A stretch of 64,000 nucleotides of DNA from an uncultured delta proteobacterium (GTDB lineage Bacteria; Myxococcota; Kuafuiibacteriia; Kuafuiibacteriales; Kuafuiibacteriaceae): NCBI GenBank assembly GCA_963803435.1, contig CAWDML010000009.1, positions 864,001 through 928,000 of the forward strand. The letters are read 5' to 3'. A model generated the notes under the pieces. It had not been told where the DNA came from. It made no database searches and was given only the letters and a program-made list of their open reading frames with translations. Below are positions 1 to 12,392 of this stretch, piece after piece (the stretch's first letter is position 1; each line of letters begins with the position of its first letter). Both the position numbers and the translations under genes were made by a program.

Positions 1-784
1 CGGTGGTGAGCCCGACGGCGGCGCCGTACACGGCCGTGAGCAGGCAGGCGGTCCCGACCACCTCGAGCAGCACCGGCGGCGAATTGGGAAACAGCACGCG
101 GGCGGCGGCGTAGGCGCCCAGCATCGGAGCGGAGAACCCGATCGCGGCCGGGATGGGCGCGTGCTCGTACAGGCGCGGGATCCAGACGTGCAGCGGCAGG
201 ATGCCCTTGCGCGCGAAGATGCCGATCGCCACCAGCGCGATCCCGAGCGAGGCGCGAGGCTCGAAGTGGAGAACGATGGTGCCCCCCAGCATGGCTGCGG
301 CCGAGATCCCGGCAAACCAGGCGAACACGCGGGCCGACGCGAACATGCGAAGCGAGATCAGCTCGCGGATCAAGGGCACGGGGGCGAGGCCGAGGCAGAG
401 CGCGAAGAGCACGGGGCTCTTCACCGAGAGCGCCGTGAGGACGATCGCCTCCGCCCACAGCGTGCGGCTGATGGCCTCGACCCGCGTGGTGGTGCGGGGA
501 AGCGTTTGGAGGATCACCGTGTAGACCAGCGCCGCGAAGGGGAGGAGCCAGCCGTTGAAATCATCGATCTCGACCTCGATCGAGAGGAAGGACGCGGTCG
601 CCGACCGCGCGGGCGTGGTCAGGAGCGCGAGCGACGGGACCAGCGAGATCCCGAGGAGCGCGAGCGCCACGATCACCGCGGTCCGCTGCGCGGTCGCGAA
701 GGCGCGGATCCGCACCACCGACAGCGCGGCGCCCGCGGCGACCACCACGGCGATGAGCGGCCACGGGAGCGACAGCTCAAGCAT
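1..784 (-). CDS. Proton-conducting membrane transporter subunit (NuoM/NuoN/MrpD-like), runs off the window edge; third gene of the dab operon
   Basis: Manual translation from ATG at 784 (MLELSLPWPLIAVVV...) gives a hydrophobic multi-TM protein with the KGILPLHVWIP motif typical of complex I/Mrp antiporter-like subunits; overlaps the end of the upstream gene; not in the ORF track because it has no stop in the window. Confidence 0.8.
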   Translation of the reverse strand, partial: MLELSLPWPLIAVVVAAGAALSVVRIRAFATAQRTAVIVALALLGISLVPSLALLTTPARSATASFLSIEVEIDDFNGWLLPFAALVYTVILQTLPRTTTRVEAISRTLWAEAIVLTALSVKSPVLFALCLGLAPVPLIRELISLRMFASARVFAWFAGISAAAMLGGTIVLHFEPRASLGIALVAIGIFARKGILPLHVWIPRLYEHAPIPAAIGFSAPMLGAYAAARVLFPNSPPVLLEVVGTACLLTAVYGAAVGLTT

Positions 785-2068
785 CGGGGTCTCCGAGCCG
801 ATCACAAATCCACCGGTCGATGGACTCGAAGGCGCGCATGGCGCGGGTGAATGGACGCTGGGCGTAGCGCACCAGGAGGTCGTCGAGGTCGGCGCGTCCG
901 AGCGCGAGCCGATAGAGGCGGCGCTCGAGGGACGCGGGCAGGACCCGGAGCAGGAGCGGCGGCGAGAGCCGCGGATGGGCGCCGATCGCGTTGGTGAGGG
1001 CGCGGACGTCGGCGATCAACGACGGGGCTCGGAGGAGCTCGAGCGAGCGCACGGTGGCATGGGCGACGATGTGGACCAGCGCCAGGGTTCGGAGGCCAGC
1101 GCCAATCTCGGCGAGAATGAGGCCGATCTGCGTGAGTGATGCGTAGGCGAGGGCCGTCTTGATGTCGGGCTGCGTGCGGCTGATCAGGGTGGCGGTGCTC
1201 GCCGTCAGCAGGCCGACCCCGACGATCGCGATCGACGCGGCCGGCGCCTGATCGAGGACCGGACCGGCGCGGAGCAGGAGATACGCACCCGCGTGGACCG
1301 AGAGCGCGCCGTAGAAGATCGCGCTCGAGGGCGTGGGGCCCTCCATCGCACGGGCCAGCCACCCGGAGAACGGGAGGAGCGCGCACTTCCCCATGGCCGC
1401 GAAGAGCAGGAGGAATCCGACGGCCTCCGCCTGCGCCCGGGTGATCGCGGCGGCGTTCAGGGCGTCGAAGCTCCCGGTGCCGAGGGCGTGATGGATGACG
1501 ACCGCGGCGGCGATCAGACCGAGATCGGAGATGCGGTAGACGACGTATACGAACAGGCCGTTCCGCACGGGCTCTGGGCGATCGTTGAAGAAGGCGACCA
1601 GCAGGGCCGAGGCGAGTCCGACCATCTCCCATCCCGCGATCACCACCTCGATCGCGCCCGCCAGGACGACGAGCAGCATCCCGAACACGAACACCGAGAA
1701 GAGGAGGAAGAACCGCTGGTAGCCGGGCTCGCCCCGAAGGTACCTGAGCGCGAAGCTCGCGACCACGTAGGCGAGCGCCGTGGTGAAGCACGCGTAAGGA
1801 ACGGAGAGCCGGTCGAGGATGAAGTCGAGCTCGAAGCGGTACGTGCCGGCGGTGAACCAGTCGCCGAGGTGGAGTGCCGCGCGCGGCTCGCCGGTCGAGA
1901 TCATCACGGCGATCGGCGCCGCGAAGCAGAGGAACGAGACGCCGATGGAGAGGTGCACCGCGATCCGGAGCGCGCGATCCGGCAGAGGGCGACCGATCAG
2001 CAGCGCCCCGGCCACCACGAGCACCAGGAGGCCGGGGAGGAGCAGCCCGAGGAGCACCAAGCCCGCGT

Positions 2069-2072
<4 letters not shown>
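777..2072 (-). CDS. dabB: DabB / NuoL-like membrane subunit of a DIC transporter
   Basis: C-terminal part of ORF 777..3038 from MNAGLVLL; motifs GWEMVGLAS, YRISDLG, GKCALLPFSGWLARAMEGPTPSSAIFYGALSVHAG, DIKTALAYAS; start overlaps the dabA stop. Confidence 0.85.
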
Positions 2073-4920
<2,848 letters not shown>

Positions 4921-5057
4921 CCGCAGAGTGGCTCGGGGCGAGGCATACGCCCAATCTCACGGCGGAGTCACCAGGCTGCAATCTTTCGATCTCGGAAGGA
5001 CGTCGGTTCGGGAGGATTGAAGTTGACGGGGGCTGATCCCTCAGTCGAAGGAGGTCT

Positions 5058-6953
5058 ATGGCGAGCGAGCCGCGCGGACAGCAGCAACTCCTGTTCGGCC
5101 ACCCGGTCGGCCTTTACACCCTCTTCTTCGCCGAGATGTGGGAGCGCTTCTCGTACTACGGGATGCGCGCCCTGCTGATCTTCTACATGACCAAGGGCTT
5201 CCTGGGCATGAACGACGGCAAGGCGTACGCGACGTACGGCGCGTACACGGCGCTGGTCTACGCCACGCCGTTCATCGGCGGCATGCTGGCGGATCGGCTG
5301 CTCGGGGCCCGGAGGGCCGTGGTGCTGGGCGGTCTCCTGATGGCGGCCGGTCACCTCATGATGACGATCGAGAGCCAGTGGGCGTTCTTCCTGGCGCTCG
5401 CGCTCCTGATCGTGGGCAATGGGTTCTTCAAGCCGAACATCTCCACGATCGTCGGCTCGCTGTATCCGGCGGGCAACGAGAAGCGCGACGGTGGCTTCAC
5501 GATCTTCTACATGGGCATCAACCTGGGCGCTGCGATGTCGCCGCTGATCTGCGGCTACGTCGGCGAGACGTTCGGCTGGCACTATGGTTTCGGCCTGGCC
5601 ACCATCGGCATGCTCACCGGCGTGGCCGTGTTCGTGGCGCCGCTGCGGCTGACGCAGGTCCTGATCATGGGCGGCGCGCTCGCCACCGGCGGATCGCTGC
5701 TGTTCCTCCAGAACAACGTGTATCAGCTGGCCGTGAACGGCTTCGTGGGCCTCTCGCTCGCCACCGCGGGTGTGATCGCGTTCGTGGCGCTGGCGCGCGG
5801 CGGTCTGCCGGCAGAGGCCGGGCGTCCGCCCGAGTCGGCCAAGGGCAAGGCGGTGTGGCCGGTATACGTGGGCGCGTTCGTCTCGCTCCCGCTGTTCATC
5901 CTCTTCGTCTATCAGAGCAGCATCGCCGGCGTAATGCTCTTCGTGTTCGGGCTCGGGGCGCTGGGCTGGATCCTCTTCGAGGCCATCCGCAGCGAGAAGA
6001 TCCACCGCGATCGACTCTTCGTGGTCCTCATCCTGATGTTCTTCTCGATGCTGTTTTGGGCCTTCTTCGAGCAGGCCGGCAGCTCCATCAACAACTTCAC
6101 CGATCGGAACGTCGATCGGGTGATCGACTCGAGCCAGGTCACGCAGGCCGACGTCGGTCGGACCATCGAGATGCGCGTCCCGCTCGAGACCTCGGAGGCG
6201 GACATCGAGAAGCTGCCGGCGTTGACGCAGGAGCAGCTCGGCTACTCCAACGATGGCGGTGCGCCCTTCACCATCAGCGAGATGGGTGCGCTCCGGACCG
6301 CCGCGGTCGACTCGGCGCCGCGGGACAAGAAGGTGATGGAGTGGAAGGTGGACAGCAGCAACGTCGGCATGGGTGTCGGCGGTGCCGAGATCCCGGCGTC
6401 GCTGTTCCAAGCCGCCAATCCGATCTTCATCATCATCTTCGGTCTGATCTTCACGGGTCTATGGTCGTTCCTCGGCGCGCGCGGCTTGGAGCCGAGCACG
6501 CCGGTGAAGTTCTCGCTCGGCTTGCTCCAGCTGGGGCTCGGCTTCGCGGTGCTCTGGTACGGCGCGCACGTCTCCGACGCGCGCGGGATGGTGGGCCTAT
6601 CCTTCCTCTTGCTCGGCTATCTCCTCCACACGACCGGCGAGCTCTGTCTGTCGCCGGTGGGTCTGTCGATGGTGACCAAGCTCTCGCCGGCGAAGATGGT
6701 CAGCACCGTGATGGGCGCGTGGTTCCTCGCCACCGCCTTCTCGCAGTACCTCGCGGGTCTGATCGCGCAGCTCACGGGTGTGAACGGCGAGGAGGGGGCC
6801 GCGCAGACGATCCCGGTCCCGGCGGAGACCGTCCATCTCTATGGCGACGTCTTCGGCCAGATCGCGGTCATCGCCGTGATCTCCGCGGTGATTTGCTTCG
6901 CGCTCTCGCCCTTGCTCAAGAAGTGGATGCACCTGGAGGCGGATCAGAACTAG
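5058..6953 (+). CDS. POT/PTR family proton-dependent oligopeptide transporter (MFS)
   Basis: GHPVGLYTLFFAEMWERFSYYGM (ExxERFxYY), GNGFFKPNISTIVG, FYMGINLG, GELCLSPVGLS. Confidence 0.95.
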   Translation: MASEPRGQQQLLFGHPVGLYTLFFAEMWERFSYYGMRALLIFYMTKGFLGMNDGKAYATYGAYTALVYATPFIGGMLADRLLGARRAVVLGGLLMAAGHLMMTIESQWAFFLALALLIVGNGFFKPNISTIVGSLYPAGNEKRDGGFTIFYMGINLGAAMSPLICGYVGETFGWHYGFGLATIGMLTGVAVFVAPLRLTQVLIMGGALATGGSLLFLQNNVYQLAVNGFVGLSLATAGVIAFVALARGGLPAEAGRPPESAKGKAVWPVYVGAFVSLPLFILFVYQSSIAGVMLFVFGLGALGWILFEAIRSEKIHRDRLFVVLILMFFSMLFWAFFEQAGSSINNFTDRNVDRVIDSSQVTQADVGRTIEMRVPLETSEADIEKLPALTQEQLGYSNDGGAPFTISEMGALRTAAVDSAPRDKKVMEWKVDSSNVGMGVGGAEIPASLFQAANPIFIIIFGLIFTGLWSFLGARGLEPSTPVKFSLGLLQLGLGFAVLWYGAHVSDARGMVGLSFLLLGYLLHTTGELCLSPVGLSMVTKLSPAKMVSTVMGAWFLATAFSQYLAGLIAQLTGVNGEEGAAQTIPVPAETVHLYGDVFGQIAVIAVISAVICFALSPLLKKWMHLEADQN

Positions 6954-6962
6954 AAGGTCCGC

Positions 6963-8027
6963 ATGAAGCGGGCTCTCACCGTCCTCCTGCTCCTGCTCGT
7001 CGCCGTCCTGCTCTACCTCTTCCTTTGGCCCATCGGCGTCGATCCGGTGGCGTGGGAGCCGCCCGCGTTCGATCCCAGCGCGTGGCAGCCCACCGGCACG
7101 GTCGCCGCCGCCGAGCGCTTCGCGGTCCCCGGCCACGGGCCGGAGGACGTCGAGCTGGATCGGGAGGGGAGGAGCTTTTTCGGTCTCGACGACGGTCGGA
7201 TCATGGTGATCGACGCCGCCGGAAAGGCGCCGCGCACGCTGGCCGACACCGGCGGGCGCCCGCTCGGCCTGGCGTGGGCCAAGGACGGCCGGCTGGTGGT
7301 GACCGACGCGGAGAAGGGCCTGCTCGCGGTCGATCAGGCGGGACGGATCCGCGTCCTGACCGCCACCTGCGCCGGGACCCGTATGGTGTTCACCGACGAC
7401 CTCGACATCGCTGCCGACGGCACCGTGTACTTCAGCGACGCCAGCTCCAAGTACGGGCGCAACGAGTGGAAGCTCGACATCGTGGAGAACCGTCCCAACG
7501 GACGGCTGTGCGCGTGGGATCCGCGGACCTATCAGACCCGGGAGGTGCTGCGCGACCTCTACTTCGCCAACGGTGTCGCGATCGATCCGGCGCAGCAGTT
7601 CGTGCTGGTCAACGAGACCTCGCGCTATCGCGTGCGCCGGATCTGGATCGATGGCGACAAGAAGGGGAAGAACGACGTGTTCATCGAGAACCTGCCCGGC
7701 TTTCCCGACAACCTCTCCACCGGGAGCGGGGGCATCTTCTGGATCGCGATCGCCTCACCCCGCAATCCGCTGCTCGACGCGCTGGCCGGCTCACCGTTCT
7801 TGCGCCGCGCCATCCTCCGCCTTCCCGAGCTGCTGCAGCCCAAGCCGGAGAGGACGGCGCGGGCGCTCGGCGTGGACGCGTCCGCGCACGTGCGTGCGGA
7901 CCTGTTCGATCCGAACGGCGAGAAGGTCTACATGGTGACGTCGGTGGTGGAGCGCGCGGGGCAGCTCTACTTCGGAAGCCTCCAGGACAGCGGCTTCGCG
8001 CGGATGCCGCGGCCGGAGACTCACTGA
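6963..8027 (+). CDS. Strictosidine synthase / SMP-30 / gluconolactonase family beta-propeller protein with N-terminal anchor
   Basis: GPEDV, GGRPLGL, FTDDLDI, YFSDAS, LYFANGV, NLPGFPDN. Confidence 0.9.
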   Translation: MKRALTVLLLLLVAVLLYLFLWPIGVDPVAWEPPAFDPSAWQPTGTVAAAERFAVPGHGPEDVELDREGRSFFGLDDGRIMVIDAAGKAPRTLADTGGRPLGLAWAKDGRLVVTDAEKGLLAVDQAGRIRVLTATCAGTRMVFTDDLDIAADGTVYFSDASSKYGRNEWKLDIVENRPNGRLCAWDPRTYQTREVLRDLYFANGVAIDPAQQFVLVNETSRYRVRRIWIDGDKKGKNDVFIENLPGFPDNLSTGSGGIFWIAIASPRNPLLDALAGSPFLRRAILRLPELLQPKPERTARALGVDASAHVRADLFDPNGEKVYMVTSVVERAGQLYFGSLQDSGFARMPRPETH

Positions 8028-10009
8028 GCCGGCGCGGTGTTCGGCCGGGGGACGCCGCCGCGCTGCATGGCGAGCTCGACGGGCGTCAGGTATCCGGGCC
8101 GCTCCGCCTTGAGGGCGCGGTCCGAGAGGTAGCTGGCGGCCGCCCACATCGCCGACACCGTCCAGCCCTGGATCTTCATGGGCGTGAGCTCGATGACGCG
8201 CTTCTGGCCGTCGGGCCCCTCTTCGATCACTTCCTTCGGCGGGATGCGCATGCCGGCGTCGCCCGGGATCCACTCGGGTGCCGGGAAGCCTTGCGTCTTC
8301 GCATCGGCGCACGCGGTCAGGATGCCGGTCATGAGCGACTCGGCCTTCGCCTGAAAGTCGTCGGCCTTGGCAAAGAGTGCGCGGGCGCCCTCGACGTCAC
8401 CGGCCGCTTCTCTACGCTCGGCCGCGTCGCGGGTGTTGTTTGCTTGACGGAGCACGCCGTGGGCGATGGCCATGTTGTCCGTCGGCCAGATCGAGCCGTT
8501 GTGGTAGGCGAGCGGATCGTAGCGTTCCGCCTGGTTCGACATGGTGCGGATCAGGCCGAACGGGCCGACCATGTCGGGCGCAAAGAGGCGGTCGATCAGA
8601 CCGTCGCGCATCTTCAGGATCTCGGGATCGTCGGTGTCGAAGAGCCGGCTGTCGAGGAGTCGCCCCGCGTTCGACTTGATCCAGCTCGAGCGCTGGACCT
8701 GTCCGTCCTCGGCGATCTGGATGGTGTGCGCGAAGGTCTCGAAGCGCCCGTCGTGGTGGATCGCGAAGTCGCGGAAGAAGCGATCGCGAAGCTCGGCGGC
8801 CCGGGTGCGGAGCTCGCGGGCGACGGAGAGCGAGTCGCTGGTGCGCTGACCCTTCGGGCCGGGATTCTGCTCGAGCATCTCGGCGGCCGCGATCAGCGCG
8901 TCGTACGCCTGGCCCTGCACCTCGACCGGGAGGTAGGGAGCGCTGTGGAAGGCGGAGTTGCCGCTGTCCATCCAGACCTGGTTCTCGATCCCGCGGTGGC
9001 CCAGCATCTTCTGGTTCCAGAGGAAGCCGCCGCCGCGCGGATCCTCGAGGCGGCCCACGATCCATCGCGTCGCCTTGAGGATCGACTCGCGCACCGTGAC
9101 GGGCGTGCGGTTCGGATCGACCTTCTCGTTGAGGCTCATCGGCAGCTCGAGCAGGCTCGATTGGGGGTAGAGCGAGAGGAACCGCCACGCCGACTGGATG
9201 AACCCGGGACTGCTGTCCGTGGCGCCGTAGTACGGAAAGCCCCAGCCGCCGGCCTCGAGGTCGCTGCCCCGGGCGTCGTCGCGATTCTCGTGGAGGATCC
9301 GGCCACCCTCCTCCTCGCGGCGGAAGCGCGTCATCAGGGTGTCGATCAGATCGACCATGGCCAGGCGGGTGGCGTCACCGTTCAGCGCGCCGTGCCCTTG
9401 GGAAGCCATCTTCGCGCCGAGCAGGGGGTGGACGCGCTGCAGGCGTGTGGAGGCCGGCTGACCCTGGAGCGAGGCGAGCCGGACCACGACGGCGCGAAAG
9501 AGATCGGGGAACTCGTGGCCGAGGTCGCGCGCGATCTGGATGCTGTCGCGCCCGAAGTCGCAGTCGAAGTGGCCGCCTACCGAGGCGCGCGGGATCCCGC
9601 GGTTGCCGATGTGGTCGAGGTCGTTGACGCGATGGAGATCGGCGAGGAAGTCCGAGAGCTGTTCGAAGTCGACGCCGATCTCGGCGCAGATCCGATCCAT
9701 CGTCTCGAGCTTGGGGGACCAGGGCGAGAGATCGATCTCGGGTGCCGCCGCCATTCGATCGCGCTCCACGGCGCGGACGGCGCGATCGAGCGCGGCGCTG
9801 AGCGTGCTGCGCCGGGCCGGGCCGCTCCCGGTGCCGTGGCGCATCGACTCGAGCCGATCGAGCTGGCGCAGCGTGGGGGCTCCGTCGAACCCCAGCGCGG
9901 CGAGGGCGTGGGCGACCTCGTCGTCGGTGCCCCTCTCGAGGGCGGTCCGGGCCTGCTCGAGCGCGGTGTAGAGGTTCCCTTCAGCGAGGGGATGCGTGCG
10001 GGTCTCCAC
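8021..10009 (-). CDS. Amylo-alpha-1,6-glucosidase (glycogen debranching GDE_C-like, (alpha/alpha)6) family protein
   Basis: FGRDS, EEEGGRILHE, YYGATDS, NQVWMDS, EVQGQAYDA, SNAGRLL, YHNGSIWPTDN, QGWT motifs in family order. Confidence 0.8.
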   Translation of the reverse strand: METRTHPLAEGNLYTALEQARTALERGTDDEVAHALAALGFDGAPTLRQLDRLESMRHGTGSGPARRSTLSAALDRAVRAVERDRMAAAPEIDLSPWSPKLETMDRICAEIGVDFEQLSDFLADLHRVNDLDHIGNRGIPRASVGGHFDCDFGRDSIQIARDLGHEFPDLFRAVVVRLASLQGQPASTRLQRVHPLLGAKMASQGHGALNGDATRLAMVDLIDTLMTRFRREEEGGRILHENRDDARGSDLEAGGWGFPYYGATDSSPGFIQSAWRFLSLYPQSSLLELPMSLNEKVDPNRTPVTVRESILKATRWIVGRLEDPRGGGFLWNQKMLGHRGIENQVWMDSGNSAFHSAPYLPVEVQGQAYDALIAAAEMLEQNPGPKGQRTSDSLSVARELRTRAAELRDRFFRDFAIHHDGRFETFAHTIQIAEDGQVQRSSWIKSNAGRLLDSRLFDTDDPEILKMRDGLIDRLFAPDMVGPFGLIRTMSNQAERYDPLAYHNGSIWPTDNMAIAHGVLRQANNTRDAAERREAAGDVEGARALFAKADDFQAKAESLMTGILTACADAKTQGFPAPEWIPGDAGMRIPPKEVIEEGPDGQKRVIELTPMKIQGWTVSAMWAAASYLSDRALKAERPGYLTPVELAMQRGGVPRPNTAPAQ

Positions 10010-10044
10010 CTTCGTGGGTTATCGGCGACGACCCAGGGTGGTTG

Positions 10045-11211
10045 CTAGGGCGGAGGGGTCTGGTAGTTCACGTAGCGGAAGAGGTTGAAGGCCTGAATGA
10101 GGGCCCCTGCCAGCAGGTAGGTGGGCCAGAACACCCGGGTGCGGGCGCGCTCGGCCAAGAGGAGGAAGAGGGGAAAGCAGAAGAGCAGGTAACGCTCGAT
10201 GCCGTCGAGGGTCCCCGAGACGAGGTTGGTGGCGAACAGGGCCACGATGAGGAGGGCGTCGGGCCCATGGCGACGCCGCGCCGCGATCGCCGCGCCCACG
10301 CTGCCGGCCGTGAGACACGCGAGCTGAACGAAGCGCCGGATCGGGACGTACTCGCCCGAGAAGAGCGGCGTGAAGCGACCGAGGAAGCCGACCAGCGGAC
10401 CGACCGGCGAGCGCGGTTCCTGAGCCCACACCTTGCGATGGTGGAGGTAGAGGAGCGGATCGCCAAACTGGATCCAGGTGTAGACGCCGTACGAGGCGCA
10501 GCCCGCGACGGCGGCGATCGCCGGCAGGAACACGCCGAGCGATCGGTCGCCGCTCCGCCGACGCAAGAGCGCGAGGAGGAGCAGGGCCGGCGCCAGCACC
10601 AGCCCGTGGATGCGCGTGGCCCCCGCCAGGAACGCCAGCAGGGCGGCACGCTTCGAGTGGCCGCGCTCCGCCAGGATGAAGGCACCCAGCGTCAGGAGGA
10701 GGAAGAGGGACTCCGCGTAGATCGCGCCGAGGATGTACGCGGTGGGGAAGAACAGGAGCGCGACGCCGGGGGCGAACACGAGGGCCTCGGGGAGGCCGCG
10801 CATCCGCGCGAGGATCACGAGGAGCCAGAGCGAGCCGAGCAGCGACAGGCGCGAGATCCACAGCGCCGCCGGGGCGAAGTCGAGCGGCGTGATCCACCAG
10901 AGCGCGCGGATCGCGAGCGGGTAGACGGGAAAGAAGCCGACGCTGGCGGTCTTCTCGGGGTTGCCCGGATCATAGCGGTAGCCGTTCTCGGCGATCCGCA
11001 GGTACCAGTTGGCATCCCAGCGCGACCAGCGGTTCTGCGTCGAGATCTGATCGTATCGCCAGCGCGTCTCGGGTACCACGCGAAGCTCGCGGATCGAGGC
11101 TTCACCGATCAGGTTCGTGACCAGCAGGAATCCGAGCCAGAGCGCGGTGACGCGAGCCAGATCGCGGACATGCGGCCGCTTGCTCAAGCGCGAGAGGAGG
11201 CCGTCCGCCAC
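10045..11211 (-). CDS. GT-C membrane mannosyltransferase (PIG-V-like)
   Basis: RWDANWYLRIAENGY, FFPVYPL, YAESLFLLL; multiple TM segments. Confidence 0.85.
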   Translation of the reverse strand: MADGLLSRLSKRPHVRDLARVTALWLGFLLVTNLIGEASIRELRVVPETRWRYDQISTQNRWSRWDANWYLRIAENGYRYDPGNPEKTASVGFFPVYPLAIRALWWITPLDFAPAALWISRLSLLGSLWLLVILARMRGLPEALVFAPGVALLFFPTAYILGAIYAESLFLLLTLGAFILAERGHSKRAALLAFLAGATRIHGLVLAPALLLLALLRRRSGDRSLGVFLPAIAAVAGCASYGVYTWIQFGDPLLYLHHRKVWAQEPRSPVGPLVGFLGRFTPLFSGEYVPIRRFVQLACLTAGSVGAAIAARRRHGPDALLIVALFATNLVSGTLDGIERYLLFCFPLFLLLAERARTRVFWPTYLLAGALIQAFNLFRYVNYQTPPP

Positions 11212-11275
11212 GAAAGGTGAGATATCAGCATTCTTGACCCTGTGCGATCCGCTGCGGCAAGGGCGATCGGGAGCG

Positions 11276-12322
11276 GTGCCAGCGACGCATCACGTCTTTC
11301 TCATTCCGGGCTTCTTCGGGTTCACCGAGCTCGGTGCGTTCGAGTACTGGGGGCACGTCCGGACGCTCCTGCTCGAGCTGGGGATCGAGCACGGCGTCGA
11401 CGTGGTGGTGACCGCGGTCGGATCGCACCCCACGTCCTCGCTCCTGGTCCGCGCCGAGCGGCTCGCCGAGGTGATCCGTGAGAAGGCGGCGGAGGACGCG
11501 GTGATCGATCTGGTGGGCCACTCGAGCGGCGGGCTCGACGCGCGGCTCCTGGTCGCGCCGGGGGTCGAGCTGGGCGGCGCCGTCGAGGATGTGGCGAGCC
11601 GCGTGCGAAGCGTGATCACGATTGCGACGCCCCACCGCGGGACACCGCTGGCCTCGTTCTTCTCCAAGCTCTCGGGACCGCGCCTCCTGGGGGCGGCCGC
11701 GCGGATCTTGGGACGGACCCTCGGGTTCCGGCGCGCGCGGGCCGAGGATCTCCCGCCGGACGCGCGCGCGCAGCTGTCGAGATTCCTCGGCGAGGTGGGC
11801 AAGGATCAGGCGCTGGTCGCCCAGCTGACGCCGGAGTCGATGGCGCTCTTCAACGCGACGGCGCGCGATCGCGCCAGCGTGCGGTACGCGTCGGTGCTCG
11901 CGAAGGTCCCGGGCTCCCGCTTGGGCGTCCGCGGTCCGATCTCGGCGGCCAACCGTGCAATCTTCGCGCTGATGCACCAGCTGAGCGCGCGCGACGGCGA
12001 GAGCGACGGCGTGGTACCCGCCGCGTCTCAGGTCTGGGGCGAGGTGCTGTTCGACGGCGCCGCCGATCACCTCGACGTGCTGGGACACTTCGATGGAGGG
12101 CCCACCCACCTCGACTGGTTCGCCTCCGGAAGCACGTTCACGCGGATGGAGTTCGAGCATCTCTGGCGGCGCGTGTTCGAGCTGGTCGTGGAGGAGGTCC
12201 GAGCCGACGAACAGAGGGCTCACGCATCGCGCCGCCGGCGCTTGCGTCGCTTCCGGGCCGCGATCGCGCTGGGTGCGCTCACGGTGGTGCTCGGCTCGCT
12301 CGCGCTGTGGGCGATCCGGTAG
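11276..12322 (+). CDS. Alpha/beta-hydrolase lipase/esterase with C-terminal TM anchor
   Basis: LIPGFFGF oxyanion motif, VGHSSGGLDAR nucleophile elbow, TPHRGTP, SDGVVP, ADHLD; GTG start at 11276 chosen within ORF 11117..12322. Confidence 0.85.
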   Translation: MPATHHVFLIPGFFGFTELGAFEYWGHVRTLLLELGIEHGVDVVVTAVGSHPTSSLLVRAERLAEVIREKAAEDAVIDLVGHSSGGLDARLLVAPGVELGGAVEDVASRVRSVITIATPHRGTPLASFFSKLSGPRLLGAAARILGRTLGFRRARAEDLPPDARAQLSRFLGEVGKDQALVAQLTPESMALFNATARDRASVRYASVLAKVPGSRLGVRGPISAANRAIFALMHQLSARDGESDGVVPAASQVWGEVLFDGAADHLDVLGHFDGGPTHLDWFASGSTFTRMEFEHLWRRVFELVVEEVRADEQRAHASRRRRLRRFRAAIALGALTVVLGSLALWAIR

Positions 12323-12392
12323 GCCCAAATCGTTCATTGCGTGGATCGCGCTTGGCGGGTGGACCCAGGCTGGGCTACAGCTCGACGACCTG

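Noticed and set aside
5138-10048. Very long Arg/Ala/Gly-rich ORFs (for example 5138..10048, 42434..45859, 58003..62040)
   Set aside because: Shadow frames caused by high GC that overlap well-supported genes; only the HARP segment within 58003..62040 is real
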